Source: Callorhinchus milii (taxonomy: Eukaryota). Taken from it: a stretch of DNA of 64,000 nucleotides. This document shows, piece after piece, positions 37,005-50,058 of this stretch. Location: positions 54,128,001 to 54,192,000 of the forward strand of contig NW_024704743.1 of assembly GCF_018977255.1 (NCBI RefSeq), in the 5' to 3' direction. The stretch's first letter is position 1. Every line of letters begins with the position of its first letter. Under the pieces are notes generated by a model. It was not told where the DNA came from. It was given only the letters and a program-made list of their open reading frames with translations, and did no database searches. The position numbers and the translations under genes are program-made.

Positions 37005-37320
37005 GAGTCCTGTAGCTCAGTGGTTAGAGCACTCGCTTTGCAAGCAAGACACCTGGGTTCAATTCCAGGCAGGGCGAAACCTTGGGCAAGTTTCCTTACT
37101 CCACACGCCTAATAATAATCCCTCCAAAACAAAACAATAATAAATTGGTCATTTCAATCCACGACTGTTTGTGGGACACTGCTGTGCGCAATTGGCTTCT
37201 GTTTCGCCCACAAATATAGTCAATTCACTTTACAGTCTATTCTGTGACGTGCTTTGAGACGTTGAGAAGACGTGAAAAGCACTATATCAAATGCAAGGAT
37301 TATTATTATTTATTATTATA
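37005..37320 (+). mobile_element. tRNA-Ala Deu SINE, full length
   Basis: GAGTCCTGTAGCTCAGTGGTTAGAGCACTCGCTTTGCAAGC head through to the (ATT)n tail. Confidence 0.9.
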
Positions 37321-38244
37321 ATCGACAATACAGGGCTCCCTCAGCTCTGTATTAGAGTGTTAGACTAGGTGTTCAAAGTGACAAAGTGGGTCTTGAACTC
37401 ACACCCTTCTGAATAAAGAGGGAGTGTGCTACCAAATATGCCTTTATGGCAAAAATCACAATCCTGTACCAGTACGAAACTTGGGCGATACATAAGATAA
37501 ACAAGAGATTTAACATAATATTGTCCTCATTAATGACTGCTGTTAATAGTGCTCATACACAGAAAAGAATGGGGATACTGTGGAAACAAAGAACACTGGG
37601 TTATACTTCAGGAGCACTTAATCAGCCCAGTAAATGTCAGATCCCATGTGGTGAAAAGGAAGGAATGAAAACAGCCATTGACCTCATGACTGTTTGTAGG
37701 ATCTTGCTGGTGCAAATGGCTGCTGCATTCGCCTATAAAGCAGCTACTACTAATTAGCTGTGAAGCGCTTTGAGAAATTTTGATGTGATGAGACGCAATA
37801 AAAATTTAAGTTCTCTCTCTTTCAAAAAACTTTTCTAAACAATAACTTTGAAATCTAAATTATAAAGTTCCTGAATATCTGTCACTGGAAAAACACTGGT
37901 TAAAGACCCACGAAGCACCTGAAACATACCAAGCTTCATGTTTCAGGTTGCTACCAATTGAATATTCTTGGCACAAATCCAAATTTCAGCAAACCAACCA
38001 AATTTGCCAGGTTCAGCTGTTGAACACACCATTTAAAGCCTAATGATCCAGTATGGTTAAAGCTAACTAAAAGCAATTATTAAAGAAAGTACAAGGCTAA
38101 AAGAACAAAAGCTTCCAGGGAGCAGGATGCAGACATATTTTCGCTATTACATGCATACATACATGTATGAGGTATGAGAGATCTGATAATACTAATTATC
38201 ATCATTTTGTCTTATCACATGGTCAAGATGTAATTTTGTCTCAC

Positions 38245-38623
38245 GATGGCTCAGTGGCAGCACTCTCGCCCTGAGTGGATTGCAGTCACCCGGCAGGACT
38301 TGGAATCACATACTCTTAAGCTGACACTAATGCAATGCTGAGGGTGTGTTTCATTGTCGGAGGTGCCGTCCTTCAGATGAGACATTAAATCGAGGTCCTG
38401 TCTGCCTGTTCAGGTGGATGTTAAAGACCCCAAGGCACTATTCAAAAAGAGAAGGGAGTTTCCAACAAATCCCCCAAATAAAATTAGTCACTCACTGCAT
38501 GGACATTTGCTGCTCTATTTCCCCCACAAAATACACGCTTTTCAGTAAAGTGTCCTGTGAAGTACTTTCAGATATCGATGATGTGATAAGGCTCTATATC
38601 AAATGCAAGGATTATATTATTAT
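38245..38623 (+). mobile_element. SacSINE1-like Deu SINE
   Basis: TGTCGGAGGTGCCGTCCTTCAGATGAGACATTAAATCGAGG..CAGGTGGATGTTAAAGA body. Confidence 0.75.
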
Positions 38624-39621
38624 AATAAAATGCGTAAAAAGTATCCAAACTAAACCGAGTTCCACGTTTGCCACCTGCTCTTGGAAATTTCTCTCTGTGG
38701 AATGGAATGTCCATTCTCGCACTGGACAGACGGACACTGGTTACTGAATTCCAGAAAGTACTATTAGGTGCAGGTTGATAAGAGCAAAGGCTTGGGGGAC
38801 CCTAGAGTGGGCTTTGAGGGTTGCTGGAGTTTAAATGGCTACAACCCCTTAATTTACCATTGAGAGCACTATCTGGCAAAACCTCCCATTGCTTGTCCAG
38901 CTAGGCCCACCCTACTCATCAGGGCTTTAGCTTGCAGGGTAAATAGAAGCCAAGTGGAAAGAATCTCGGCCCTCAGTCTGCACCTCCAAATCCTACCTGC
39001 AACCAGCCTGGCTGGTCTGTCATCAGCAATTCCCTAGAGTACTGTGGGCCCACCTGGCTCAGGAAGGAGAAAACTGAGACCAGATGGGTTTGTGTATAAA
39101 GCAGATATCATGTGGAATCAAGTTGCTTGTCAATCATGGACTGGCCATCTGGATATATACTAACTTCTGGGTTGTCAGGTTGCTGCCATCTGTGTTGACA
39201 CAAGAAGGCAATGTCGAAGTGACATCTTCATAAATCATTCCAATGTGTGCTTTTTAATTTGTACCATAAAAATTATTACAGAGTTGTTAAGAACCATATT
39301 CTCTATCACCCCTTGTGTTTTTGTCTGTCCCAATGTTCGCTCCACTCCTGATGGTGCCGACTGTTGGGTTCCAAGGTTTCCTACAGTTCTGATATTCCAC
39401 CTAATCCTATACATATAGAGTCATAGAAATTTACAGCACAGAAAGATATTTGGCCCATCAAGTCTGCACCAGCTCTCAAGAGCAAGCTATCCATTCAATC
39501 CCACTGCCCTGACTTATTCCCATTCCCCATCAAGCCTTTTTCTTCCTTTTTGAAAGCCTCAATGGACTCTATGTGAGTGGTTATTAGCAGTGACAACCAA
39601 ATTTAATCTACAGATAAATTA

Positions 39622-39921
39622 GAGTCCTGTAGCTCAGTGGTAGAGCACTCGTCTCGCAAGCGAGAGACCTGGGTTAGATTCCCAGCAGGGTGAAACCTTG
39701 GGCAAGTTTCCTTACTCCACACATCTGATAATAATCCCTCAAACGAAAAAATAATATTTGGTCACTCAGTCCACAACTGTTTGTGGACACTGTTGTGCGC
39801 AATTGGCTGCTGCATTTTGTTCACCAATATACAGTCAATTCACTTTACAGTATATTCTGTGAGGCGCTTTGAGACGTCTTGAAGACGTGAAAAGCGCTGT
39901 ATCAAATGCAAGGATTATTAT
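39622..39921 (+). mobile_element. tRNA-derived Deu SINE, full length
   Basis: Same family as 37005-37320. Confidence 0.88.
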
Positions 39922-40479
39922 AATAAATTGTACAAATGCACTTTCTAACAAGAATCACTGGACTGCAATTAGAAATGGGAATTCATGACTCATTTATCTC
40001 TATCAAGGGTCTGAGGCCAATGGTCGTGTCCTTACACAGACTAATACCAGACTTCTTAGTACAGACCAGAGACTATATGTTGAATTCTCAGTTTATAAAA
40101 CTTTTACTCTGAAATCTATATTACTGTTAAAGTTTACAATAACATTCCCTTTGAGAGGATCTTCTGTCTTCATGATTAAACCAGCATAGAGAAGAAATTG
40201 AGCATAAAGAAACGAGATTCAATCAGGAAAGTAACAAGCACCACCCAACGTACTCTTAAATGGCCTCAAATCATTTTATGTAAAATTCCCCAGCACCGTA
40301 TTGTAAGGTCAGCCCAAACTATGAGTTCAAAGTCTTGACAGGTGGGTTTGAACACACAACCTTCTGACTCAGAGGCGAGAGTGACACAAACTAAGCGAGA
40401 CAAAGTGCTCCTCCCCAATCTATTATTCCAAGTCCTATCTGTCAGCTAAATATTGTATTGTTTCCCACACAAATAATAA

Positions 40480-41530
40480 TCAGGCAAAAATAAGGGTCTC
40501 AGCGACATTTGGTGTGAGATAGGGGTTAATGTGATGGGAGATGAAGGAAGGCAGTCTTGGTCAGGGACAGATATGAGGGAGAAAGTGGGGATCGAACTGA
40601 ATCCTAAAGCTGGCTCAGTGAATTTGAGAGAGAGGTTTGGGAGATTAGAAGCAGAAGGGAATGGCCATGGAGAATGGCTTCTGTCTGGTCCATATTGAAT
40701 TGTAGGAAATTGTCTGATTAGCACCTTGGGACATCCTCCCCAAATGTAATCTTGTTGTTGATCCAGGACTTCATGCCTGACAGACAAGCGGACAGAGCAT
40801 TGGTGGACTTAGAATCACGAGTAGAGTGTAAAAGTAGATTTGGATGTCATCCACAGTCATGTGGAAGTTCACTCTGTGTCTGTGGGTGACGAAGCCAAGA
40901 GGTAGCATGTAGATGAGGAAAAGAGAGGGAGAATGATAGGGCGCTGAGGTATTCAGCAAAGGCAATGTGAAAGAGCAGGAGAAGAAACCATTAGAGGAGA
41001 GAAAGTAGAGTGCAAGGTAAGGCAGTAATGGAATGAGTGTAGTCAACAACAACAACGTGGATTTATATAGTGCTCTGCACAGCCCCGGGGTAGTGTCTCT
41101 GAGCTATGGAGATGGATAGGGAAGGGAGGCGGTTAAGGATGTGTTAATTGTGTTAAAAGTGGCAGAGGTCAAGGAGGCAGAGGGAGCCCTAGTAGCAGAG
41201 ACAGAATATTTTGTTGGAGACTTTGACCTGCGCTGTTTCAGTGCTGTGGGCAGGGTGGAAACCAGATGGGGGGCTTGAGCAGAGAGTAGATGGGAGCAAA
41301 GGTATATGGCAATGCCACATTCCAGACCTTGGACAGTAGTTGGGAATTTAGAGGAAGATTTTGAAGGGGAGGGAGAGAATGCCAGAAATAGGTTGTCCAT
41401 CAACAGGAGTCGGGGGAATGGAGGTAATTGGCTGGGAAAGGGACTGAGAGAATAGGTGATGAGTTTCATGTGGGTTTTGAATTTTCTAAGTGTGGAGCGG
41501 GACAAGGGAGTGATGGGGGTAAAGTGCACA
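40480..41530 (-). mobile_element. Old diverged L2 fragment
   Basis: LFLIYMLPLG...VNFHMTVDDIQIY (decayed YADD region) and upstream RT remnants. Confidence 0.65.
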
Positions 41531-44500
41531 GTTTAGGGGTAGTGGAGGAGGGCAAGGGAAGAGAGAGGAAAGATGCCACCAAGCAGATTTTATTAATTTT
41601 TCTCAGGAGGAAATCCCTGACTTCCTCATATTTGGCCTCAGAAGCAAGAATGGAGGGAGGAAACAGATGATGCAATTAGAGCTGGAGAAGAAAAATGTAT
41701 TTTTGATACAAAAGATTTGATAATAATTCTGGATTGTATACTTTTTTTGTCTTTGTGCGGGTTTAATCAAAGCTCTTGCAGTTAGAATAAACATTACACA
41801 TCCTGAAGATGATTAGAATGATTCCCAAATTAGTTTGGAAAGCATCAGGCTGTGTCAGACCAACGGCCAATGCCGAATACCGTCTCAGATAATACAACCA
41901 ACTCTCTCGGTCATGTCTTCTTAATAGAGTAGATATAAACAGATGCGGAATTGACCGGGCGAGGGGAGATACAGCTGATTCTCCAGACGTTGACAGGCTG
42001 AACACTGCACCAACAAACAATGAAGAAAAGAAAATTCCCTTCTTGTCTGCTACAAAATTAGAAACCTGAAACTTTCTGACATTATAAGCGGTGCAATAGT
42101 CAGAGTTTAATTTGAAGAGGAAAAAAAATAGACCCCGTGGGTACTACATGGCTTTTCAGTTGCAGTCAGGGCAATATTCACTGATCCCACCTCTCTCTTT
42201 TCCCACCAATTGCTCCTGCAAAATCCTCTCTTCCTCCTTTTCTGGAAGACTTTGACTCCTGCGTCTTCTCCTGAGGTACAGTTCAACGGGGGCTTCAAAT
42301 GGCCATCTTCATGCACGAGTGTGATCTAGAAATGTTGGCAAGCTGTTCAACCATGACTGCATCACAGCCCAATGCCCCCAACAAAGACCATAAAATTCTT
42401 AGCCTGTAGACCACCGTCTCAAAACTTAAGATTGAGAGAAATTATAGCTGAGTTTGTGTAACAGCACAATGCTGTGTGATTTTATTGTGGGTGTGTGAAC
42501 ACATGCGCAGATGCATGGGTGTGGGCACATGTGCGCTTGCACATGTGTGTGCATTTGAGTATGGATATATATGTAGAATGATCTCAGTCTTAATATTCAC
42601 AGGAAGTAAATAATGGTCACTTGGATTCTGTACAGACTAGACTGCCTGGCGTTTCTGGTAACCCAGGAGAAAATGTTCAGGAATGGAACAAAATTGGGAA
42701 AAAAATACCAATGATAGTAATTCTTTACTGGAATTTTGATGATAAATTTACTTTAAAGTGAGCACAATACCTGCCCCTTAGCTGCATGTACTGCATCTGA
42801 CTGATTAAACTCACCACTGAATGAACATGGCACTCGACAAAAAAAACACATCAATATGAATGAAAATTATTTGTCACAGGTTACCAATTTTTTTTTAAAA
42901 AAGAGTATTTTTGGAAATAAGCTTTACAGTTTGTTCCTGCTCAAGGGCAGCTAACAGTCAACATTGTATAGGAAGCAAAACAGATGGCACTGTGCCACCC
43001 ACAGTGCTGACATGTTACAGGCTTTGATGTTTTACTTGCCTAGTTCACACTGAATGTCATTGCAATTGTTTCAGGACAACTTCTGGACTTTTGTTTAAAA
43101 CATACCTGTCTGGCTGCTGACCACATGTCTGTGAATAATGACAATGAAGACACAAACAGCAAGTGTCACTCACAATTGTCTGTCTGAGGTATCCGACATG
43201 CAGTTAAACAATATATTGAATAATACACCTGGATAGGAATGATTGGGTGCTTTTGACAAACTGGTGATAACGGATCAGAAATGAAGTCGATGTGATTTCA
43301 ACAAAAGCGAAGTTTTAACAACACGTAGCAGGAAGAACTTAGATTTGCTGTATTTACATTCTGTCTGCTAAAGAAATATTCACATATCTAGAAATCCTAT
43401 GTCCTTTCGTAGAGTGCACTTATTTTTTAATTTAAAAAAATAAAATGCACATTTTTTTGAAAAAAAGGGACTGTCTAACTGAATTTATTTATATTGCGGT
43501 GGTGTGAATCGATTTCCTGAAGAAACCATCGATGGGTGATATCAGCAGAGTCCTCGGTTTAATGTTCCATCTGAAGGGTTCACCTCCATCAACGCAGTAC
43601 ACCTCCAGCAATGTACGGGAGTGTCAACACAAGTGGGGCTTGAACCCACAAGCTTCTGTAGCAACAAAAAGATACGCTTCACTACCCAAAGCAGCATGAT
43701 CCGGATCAAATGGTTTTCTTGCAATTCCTGCCAGTCATATTTGGAGACTCCATAACATTACATCAATGTTCATTTAGGCCCATTATACCAGAATTTTTTA
43801 TACCACATTTAAGCTGCAGTGGGATAAATTGAGCACAAGAATACCACTGTACCGAGCAGCTGAGATCACTGCCCATCTTCACTGAAACCCTACCAAGCCA
43901 GTCAGTGCCTTTAGGAAAGGGAACTTATAGACAGATGCTTGGAAAACAGGAATATTGAAGAACATGGAGAGCAAGCAGGTGAGGGATTAGAGTAGGTGGT
44001 TCATGTGGAGAAAAGCATCAGCACAGATTTAATGGACCAAATGACGCATTTCTGTGCTGTAACAGTGAATGGAATTGTGTTGAGCCAACTCTAGTACAAT
44101 GGTTGAACAAATATTAGTATGTTCTAACCTCCAGAAAGCCGATGCTAATCATTGGGACATTTAGTAGTACATATTGATCAGCTTAAGTGTAGCCGACACA
44201 CACACACACCCACATCGTCTCCCATGCTGTTCTCAATGGAAGCGTCAGTGAAGCTGTGTCTGCAGCATTCGATTTCTTACTTGGCACTAATCAGAGCAGC
44301 TGGCATTCAGCAAACTGCTAAAAAGCAGTGACAAGAAGTCCAATGCCGTGGATCTCACGGACATCACCACTGAGAATAGCATGGGGAGAGGGGGGACCTC
44401 AGACCTCAAGAACATCTAGTGTGATAAATACTGAATGTACGGCCAAACTGACTCCCATAGTGTACTTTAAAAATTGACTGGGCCATAAGTCCGGCACCTC

Positions 44501-45262
44501 TCTGGTGGTCCTGTAGAGCAGCATTGCTCAGTGGACCGAACGTGTGCAGTCAGGGAAAAAGTACAGAATGTGCTGTGTGATCCACTACCTTTAAACTCCA
44601 AAGCAAATTTGCAATAGCTATTCGTAACGTGGTGGGAAGTGCTGACCAATGCATGTGCCGCACTGATCTCCATTTCAAAGCACACAATGACACCGCCGAC
44701 TGGAATCAGCAGCACTCGACAGCACAGGTGAGCTGTTGCCACAGGTGGGACACTTTAAAATGGATACTTTACATAGCTTCAGCATAAACATGGCAGGTTT
44801 TGTTCAGCATTAGAGAACAAAGAATTGACCAAAACAAAGCGTCAGTAGTTACTTAAATTTGCTGCTTTGCTGGAGGGCTCCTACTTAACATGTAACCAGA
44901 CCATAAACATGCTTAAACAAATGTAATCTTCTTGTTGTTATAGACATTGATAGTTCAGTGCTCAATTCATTTCAGAATATGCATGGTATCTACTAGATTT
45001 TTAAAAAAATTCTAGCCAACTCTATATTATTCTTAGTCACGCACCAACCAATCAGTGTTTTAATAAAACACTGGTACCCTGCAGGTTCCGTTCATCTTCC
45101 AAGATTTCCACTTTCCAAGCACTTTGGGACGTCCCCCCGACGTTAAAGGCACTATAACAGTCTAAATTGTGTTGTATTTCTCCCACAAAATATACAGTCA
45201 ATTCACTTTACAGTATATTCTGTGAAGTGCTTTGAGGCATCTCCAAAACGTGATAAGACGCT

Positions 45263-46860
45263 ACAACAACAACAACAAGATTCCATTTATAGAGCGCCTT
45301 TCACGTCGGGAGGACGTCCCAAGGCGCTGCACAGTTGGGTCAGGACCCGAGCAGGGGGGAAATGGTCAGGGTGAGGGGAGGGAAGGGAGGGAGCGAGGAG
45401 GGGGTAGAGAGTCGAGAGGAGAGCTGAAGGTCGGTCAAAGAGAAAGGTTTTGAGACCGGCCTTGAAGGAGGAAAGGGAGGAGGCGGCGAAGGCACTGGGG
45501 GATGGAGTTCCAGAGCCTTGGGGCTGAGAGGCTGAAGGCCCGGCCACCGATGGTAGGGCGGTTGGGGCAGGGGATGTGGAGCAGACCGGAGCCAGAGGAA
45601 CGGAGGGTACGGGCAGGTAGGTAGGGGGATAGTAGGTTGGAGAGGTAGGAGGGAGCAAGGCCGTGAATGGCCTTGTAGGTGAGGATGAGGATCTTGAATT
45701 CAATCCTCTGGGGGATGGGGAGCCAGTGGAGGCGAGCGAGGGTGGGAGTGATGTGGTCCCGAAGCCTGGTGCGGGACAGTACACGAGCTGCAGAGTTCTG
45801 AATGACCTGCAGCTTGTGGAGGGAGGTGGCGGGAAGGCCGACGAGGAGAGAGTTCCCATAGTCCAGCCTTGAGGTGATAAAGGCGTGAACCAGGGTTTCA
45901 GCAGCGTGAGGGGTGAGGTAATGCCGTAGTCTGGCGATGTTCCGGAGGTGATGGAAGGCGGTGCCAGTTGTGGTGCGGATGTGAGGGAGAAAGGACAGCT
46001 CAGGGTCGAACAAAACGCCGAGGTTCCTGACTGGCTTTGAGAGGTGGAGAGTGCAGCCTTGGATGCTGATGGTGTCAGCGCCTGAGGTGCGGAGGCGCTG
46101 ACGTGAGCCAATCAGGAGGGCCTCGGTTTTTCGCACGTTGAGCTGAAGAAAGTTGTCTCTCGTCCAGGACTCGATGTCGGACAGGCAGCTGTCAGGACAT
46201 CGGTGGTCGTGGAGTTGAGAGTAGAGGAGGAAAGGTAGAGTTGGGTGTCATCCGCATACATGTGGAAGTTAACCCATGTCTGCGGATGATGTCACCGAGG
46301 GGGAGCATATAGAGGGTGAAGAGGAGGGGACCGAGGACAGAGCCCTGAGGGACACCACATGAGACAGTACGGGGGGTGGAGGGGAAGCCATTCGTCGAGA
46401 CAAAGTGAAGACGGTGAGAAAGGTACGACCTAAACCATTCAAGGACAGTGCCTTGAAGGTTGAGGTGGGAGGACAAGCGGTGGAGTAGGATAGCGTGGTC
46501 GACCGTATCGAATGCTGCCGATAGGTCGAGGAGGACGAGGAGACAGAGGGAGCCCTGGTCACAGATGGTCAGGATATCATTGGTGACCTTGACCAGGGCA
46601 GTTTCTGTGCTATGGGCAGCACGGAAACCTGACTGAAGGGGTTCGAAAAGTGAATGGGTGGAAAGGAAAGAGCGCAGTTGGGAGGCGACAACTCTTTCCA
46701 GGACCTTGGAGAGAAAGGGGAGGTTGGAGATGGGCCGGTAGCTTGATAGCTGCGACGCATCAAGGGAGGGTTTTTTCAGGGTGGGCGTGATGATGGCAGT
46801 TTTTAAGGGAATGGGGACAGAGCCAGAGGAGAGGGACAGGTTGATGATGTCGGTGATATG
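45263..46860 (-). mobile_element. Young L2 LINE, 1.6 kb, 5'-truncated, inserted in a SINE tail
   Basis: Covers most of the RT domain and a 233-aa open ORF2 C-terminus (45435-46136), with a (GTT)n tail. The host SINE tail resumes at about 46872 (GCTATATCAAATGCAAGG). Confidence 0.95.
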
Positions 46861-49592
46861 TGGTATGATTTGCTATATCAAATGCAAGGATTATTATTAT
46901 AAGATCAAACAATTTGAACACTCCACCACTAAAACTATTGTTGGATATTGACAATGAGTTTCAGGCGTTGGGACAATTTGTGATAAATAATAACCCTATG
47001 CAGGTAATTAGATATGGTTATTTACTGAGAGAGGTCCATGTAAGGATTCAGTACAATGCACAGAAACAGAAGGTAAAGGAAGATGGAGATTATATCCACA
47101 AGACCAACCAATACAATGTAGTCATCAACAAATAGTTGCAGATAAGCCATCTTTATATTGATTTGGACAAACATTTTGTTCCGCTATTATGGGCTGACAA
47201 TTACAGATTAGTTCTTGGAATAATTAAGTTTTTGTCTGCGCTTTCAGTTGACGAAGTATTTGAATCAATTTCTTGAATCCTTGTAATTTATATTCTTCAG
47301 TCAGTCGACAGTGACTAGTGCCAAGCTCGACAATAAATTGGAACGGACTTGAGAATCCCCCCCCACCCCATTTAAAAAATAAGCCAGGAAGAATCCATCC
47401 TTCACAGACTGCATGTCTGTTCTTTAGAAACTAAAGACTTAAATGAGTCACAGAATATACTGTAAAGTGAATTGGCTGTGTATTTTGTGGGTGAAACATA
47501 TCATGGGAGCTGCCTCCCACTCTATCTGCCAAAGTAACTGGCCAATGGAGGGGAAATAATCGCAACCACAACATATTTTAATTACAGGAGGTAAAAAGGA
47601 AAGCTGCATACAGATGTTGGAATTGTGAAATAAAAAAAACTGGAAAATAACTGGGAGTGGGAGCAGATTGTGAGGGGGTGGGGGGGGGCGGGGGTAGATG
47701 ACCAAAAGAGGTAGGTCTTGAGTCAGACCTTGAATGCAGTGAGGGAAAGAACGAGTCAGAGGGATGCCAGAATGGAGCTCCAGAATATACTGAACAGAAG
47801 CGTAACCAGCCACTTCATGGTTCTTTCCATTACTATAATTCCAGAAGTTTTAGGCATTCCCACCATGATGATACCTGATCAATTATCTAGCAAAATAGCA
47901 ACGCCCCACCCCACACCCATTTGTTGAATGGATTTTAGCCACTCCGAAGAGATAATTTAATACAAGGACATCTGCTATCTATCCTGTAACAACCATTAAG
48001 TGCTTTGGAGAGCTATTTAACAGTTTGTCCCAAGAGGATAATGTCACAGTACTTACCACTGTTGGATAAAGCACAGGGAAATATTTAGACATTTCTGAAA
48101 TAGATTTATGCCAGAGGTTAAACGGAGAGGATATCTATATGTTAAAGTCAATTCTGCATGTTTTTTTAAAATTACAGCTTCACTGTAATTAACTTCCCTT
48201 CACACAAAGATAAGGACAAAGGAGCAGTCACTGATCTAATATGGAAACATAAACATCCTTGTACGAGAGGCAAGTTGTTACAGTGCTCACCAAAGTCGCA
48301 CTGAGTCATTCAAAAGTTTTGCTGTGGAAAGGAGGGCAACAGATTAAGCAAATAAACCAACCTATTTTTGCTGCATAAACTGGCATAAGTTGTTTCCCGT
48401 TCCCAACTCTCATGCACCATTTAGTTCAGTTTTTTAGGGGAATTAAGCAACTACTGTATGAGAATCTCAGGTTAGAAAAAAACACGCAACTAGATTTTCA
48501 CGTATTTCAGCCAGAATGCGACATCCGCCAGTGACCAACTAGCATCTTAAATCTTCAGAAGACTAGGGGAAGAGAGGGCATGTTGAAAATCAACATATTG
48601 CATATCTCTGCAAACCTTTGTGGCACACTACAGAAAGGTGTGATTCTGCCCCACAGCCTGTTTGCTCATTCATCTAGCAAGTAGCTGTGATAAGATAACA
48701 ATAATGCTATGTGAAACATGCCTCTGTGAAACATGTGACTGACAGCCAACAAAACAATAACAGTTCAAGTAAAATTTTTGTCATTATCCTTATGATCGTA
48801 AGTCAAGGTAAGAGTGCTCCTTTTCTCCATTTCCGGATGACCCAATGCAAATGGGCAAAAGTAACCTTGGATACCTTAACCTACATACAGAAAGATCCCA
48901 CTATTTAAGAGGAGACCCCCTTAGTTAAGCGCAGGTTTCCTTACAGGGTTGGGGGGAGAAAGCTACTGTATACCAAAGTGTGGTATATTGGGATCCGGAA
49001 ATCAATGGCTGACTCACGGGTTGTCAGGTCACAACCAATATGCATGGGACAGTGATGCCAGCGTGCGCATAAAATGATGTCATTGGCACGTTTCACGCTT
49101 TTTGTTTAACATGATGATCTGAAGAGATTATGGACCCAGACTCAGATCAGTAAGAACCACTTCTTCAAGGAACCTTTATATTCTAGGATCGCCCTATTGT
49201 ATCAAAGAACAGCACACAAAGGGGTTTCTATGTGAAGGCTAGGGAGTTTTTTCAAATTTTGGGCACTTTATTGCCCATTAAGTTTAATTACTGGAGATTC
49301 AGTAAATCTGGGGATTCACATTTTGTTAATGGTTTAACCTCATACACTATTTATTTATTTGACAATTTACAGGATGCAATGCAAAATTAGGGTAATTACG
49401 TAAAGTTGTTTTCACATTTCCAATCGGGAATTTTCTTGAGAAAACAAATACAAGCAGAACAAAATTTATCCCAACTGTACTTTTTAATAACTCATCATCA
49501 AGATGCTATATTCCCCCATGCCCATTCCGACTCTCAGTAAAGTCCTAATCACAATGATTCAGTCAGCACTGATAATCCAATCCTAATTTTTG

Positions 49593-50058
49593 GGGGTCAG
49601 CCAAGTGTCCGACACATATGGAAACCCATCAACACATTTCAGAGTATCCAAATAAAATAGTGCTCTCTGCATCCCATTTGTACATGGAAATTCCTGAGAT
49701 ATTTATTGGAATTGAATGTGCATTCTCTCCATGGACACATCCTGCTTACCTAATTCCAGAGAGTATTAGATGTAGGCTGCCAAGAACCAAGGCATGGGGA
49801 CTCCATAATGTGTGTTGGTGTACTGCTGGAGCCTTAACAAGCTAAACCCACATAGCTTACCATTGATGGCACAGTCTGGCAAGTTTTCCAGCTAGGACCA
49901 CCCAACCTGTTTGGCTTGGAGGGTAATGGGAGCCAAGTGGAAAATATCCCTGCCCCAATGACCGGTCTGCCCTTCCAAATCCTACTGATGAGCCAGCTTG
50001 ACTGGCTGTCATCGGCAGTGCTCTGGAGTCCTGCAGACCACCCACTTGGCTCAGGAAC
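49593..50058 (-). mobile_element. Unclassified ~450-bp repeat, apparently complete copy
   Basis: Aligns end to end with 57760-58572 (minus its L2 insert) and with the reverse complement of 3305-3750. Confidence 0.7.

Noticed and set aside
37005..37077. Possible tRNA-Ala(TGC) gene (also 8140-8213, 8960-9031, 25233-25305, 39622-39693)
   Set aside because: Each continues into a Deu core and L2-type tail, has a 1:72 mismatch and copy-specific stem mutations. These are SINE heads, not tRNA genes.
49985..50015. CTGATGA followed by a stem, resembling a hammerhead ribozyme core
   Set aside because: The stem is followed by TGTC rather than GAAA, and CTGATGA pairs with the downstream TCATCGG. This is a plain hairpin.
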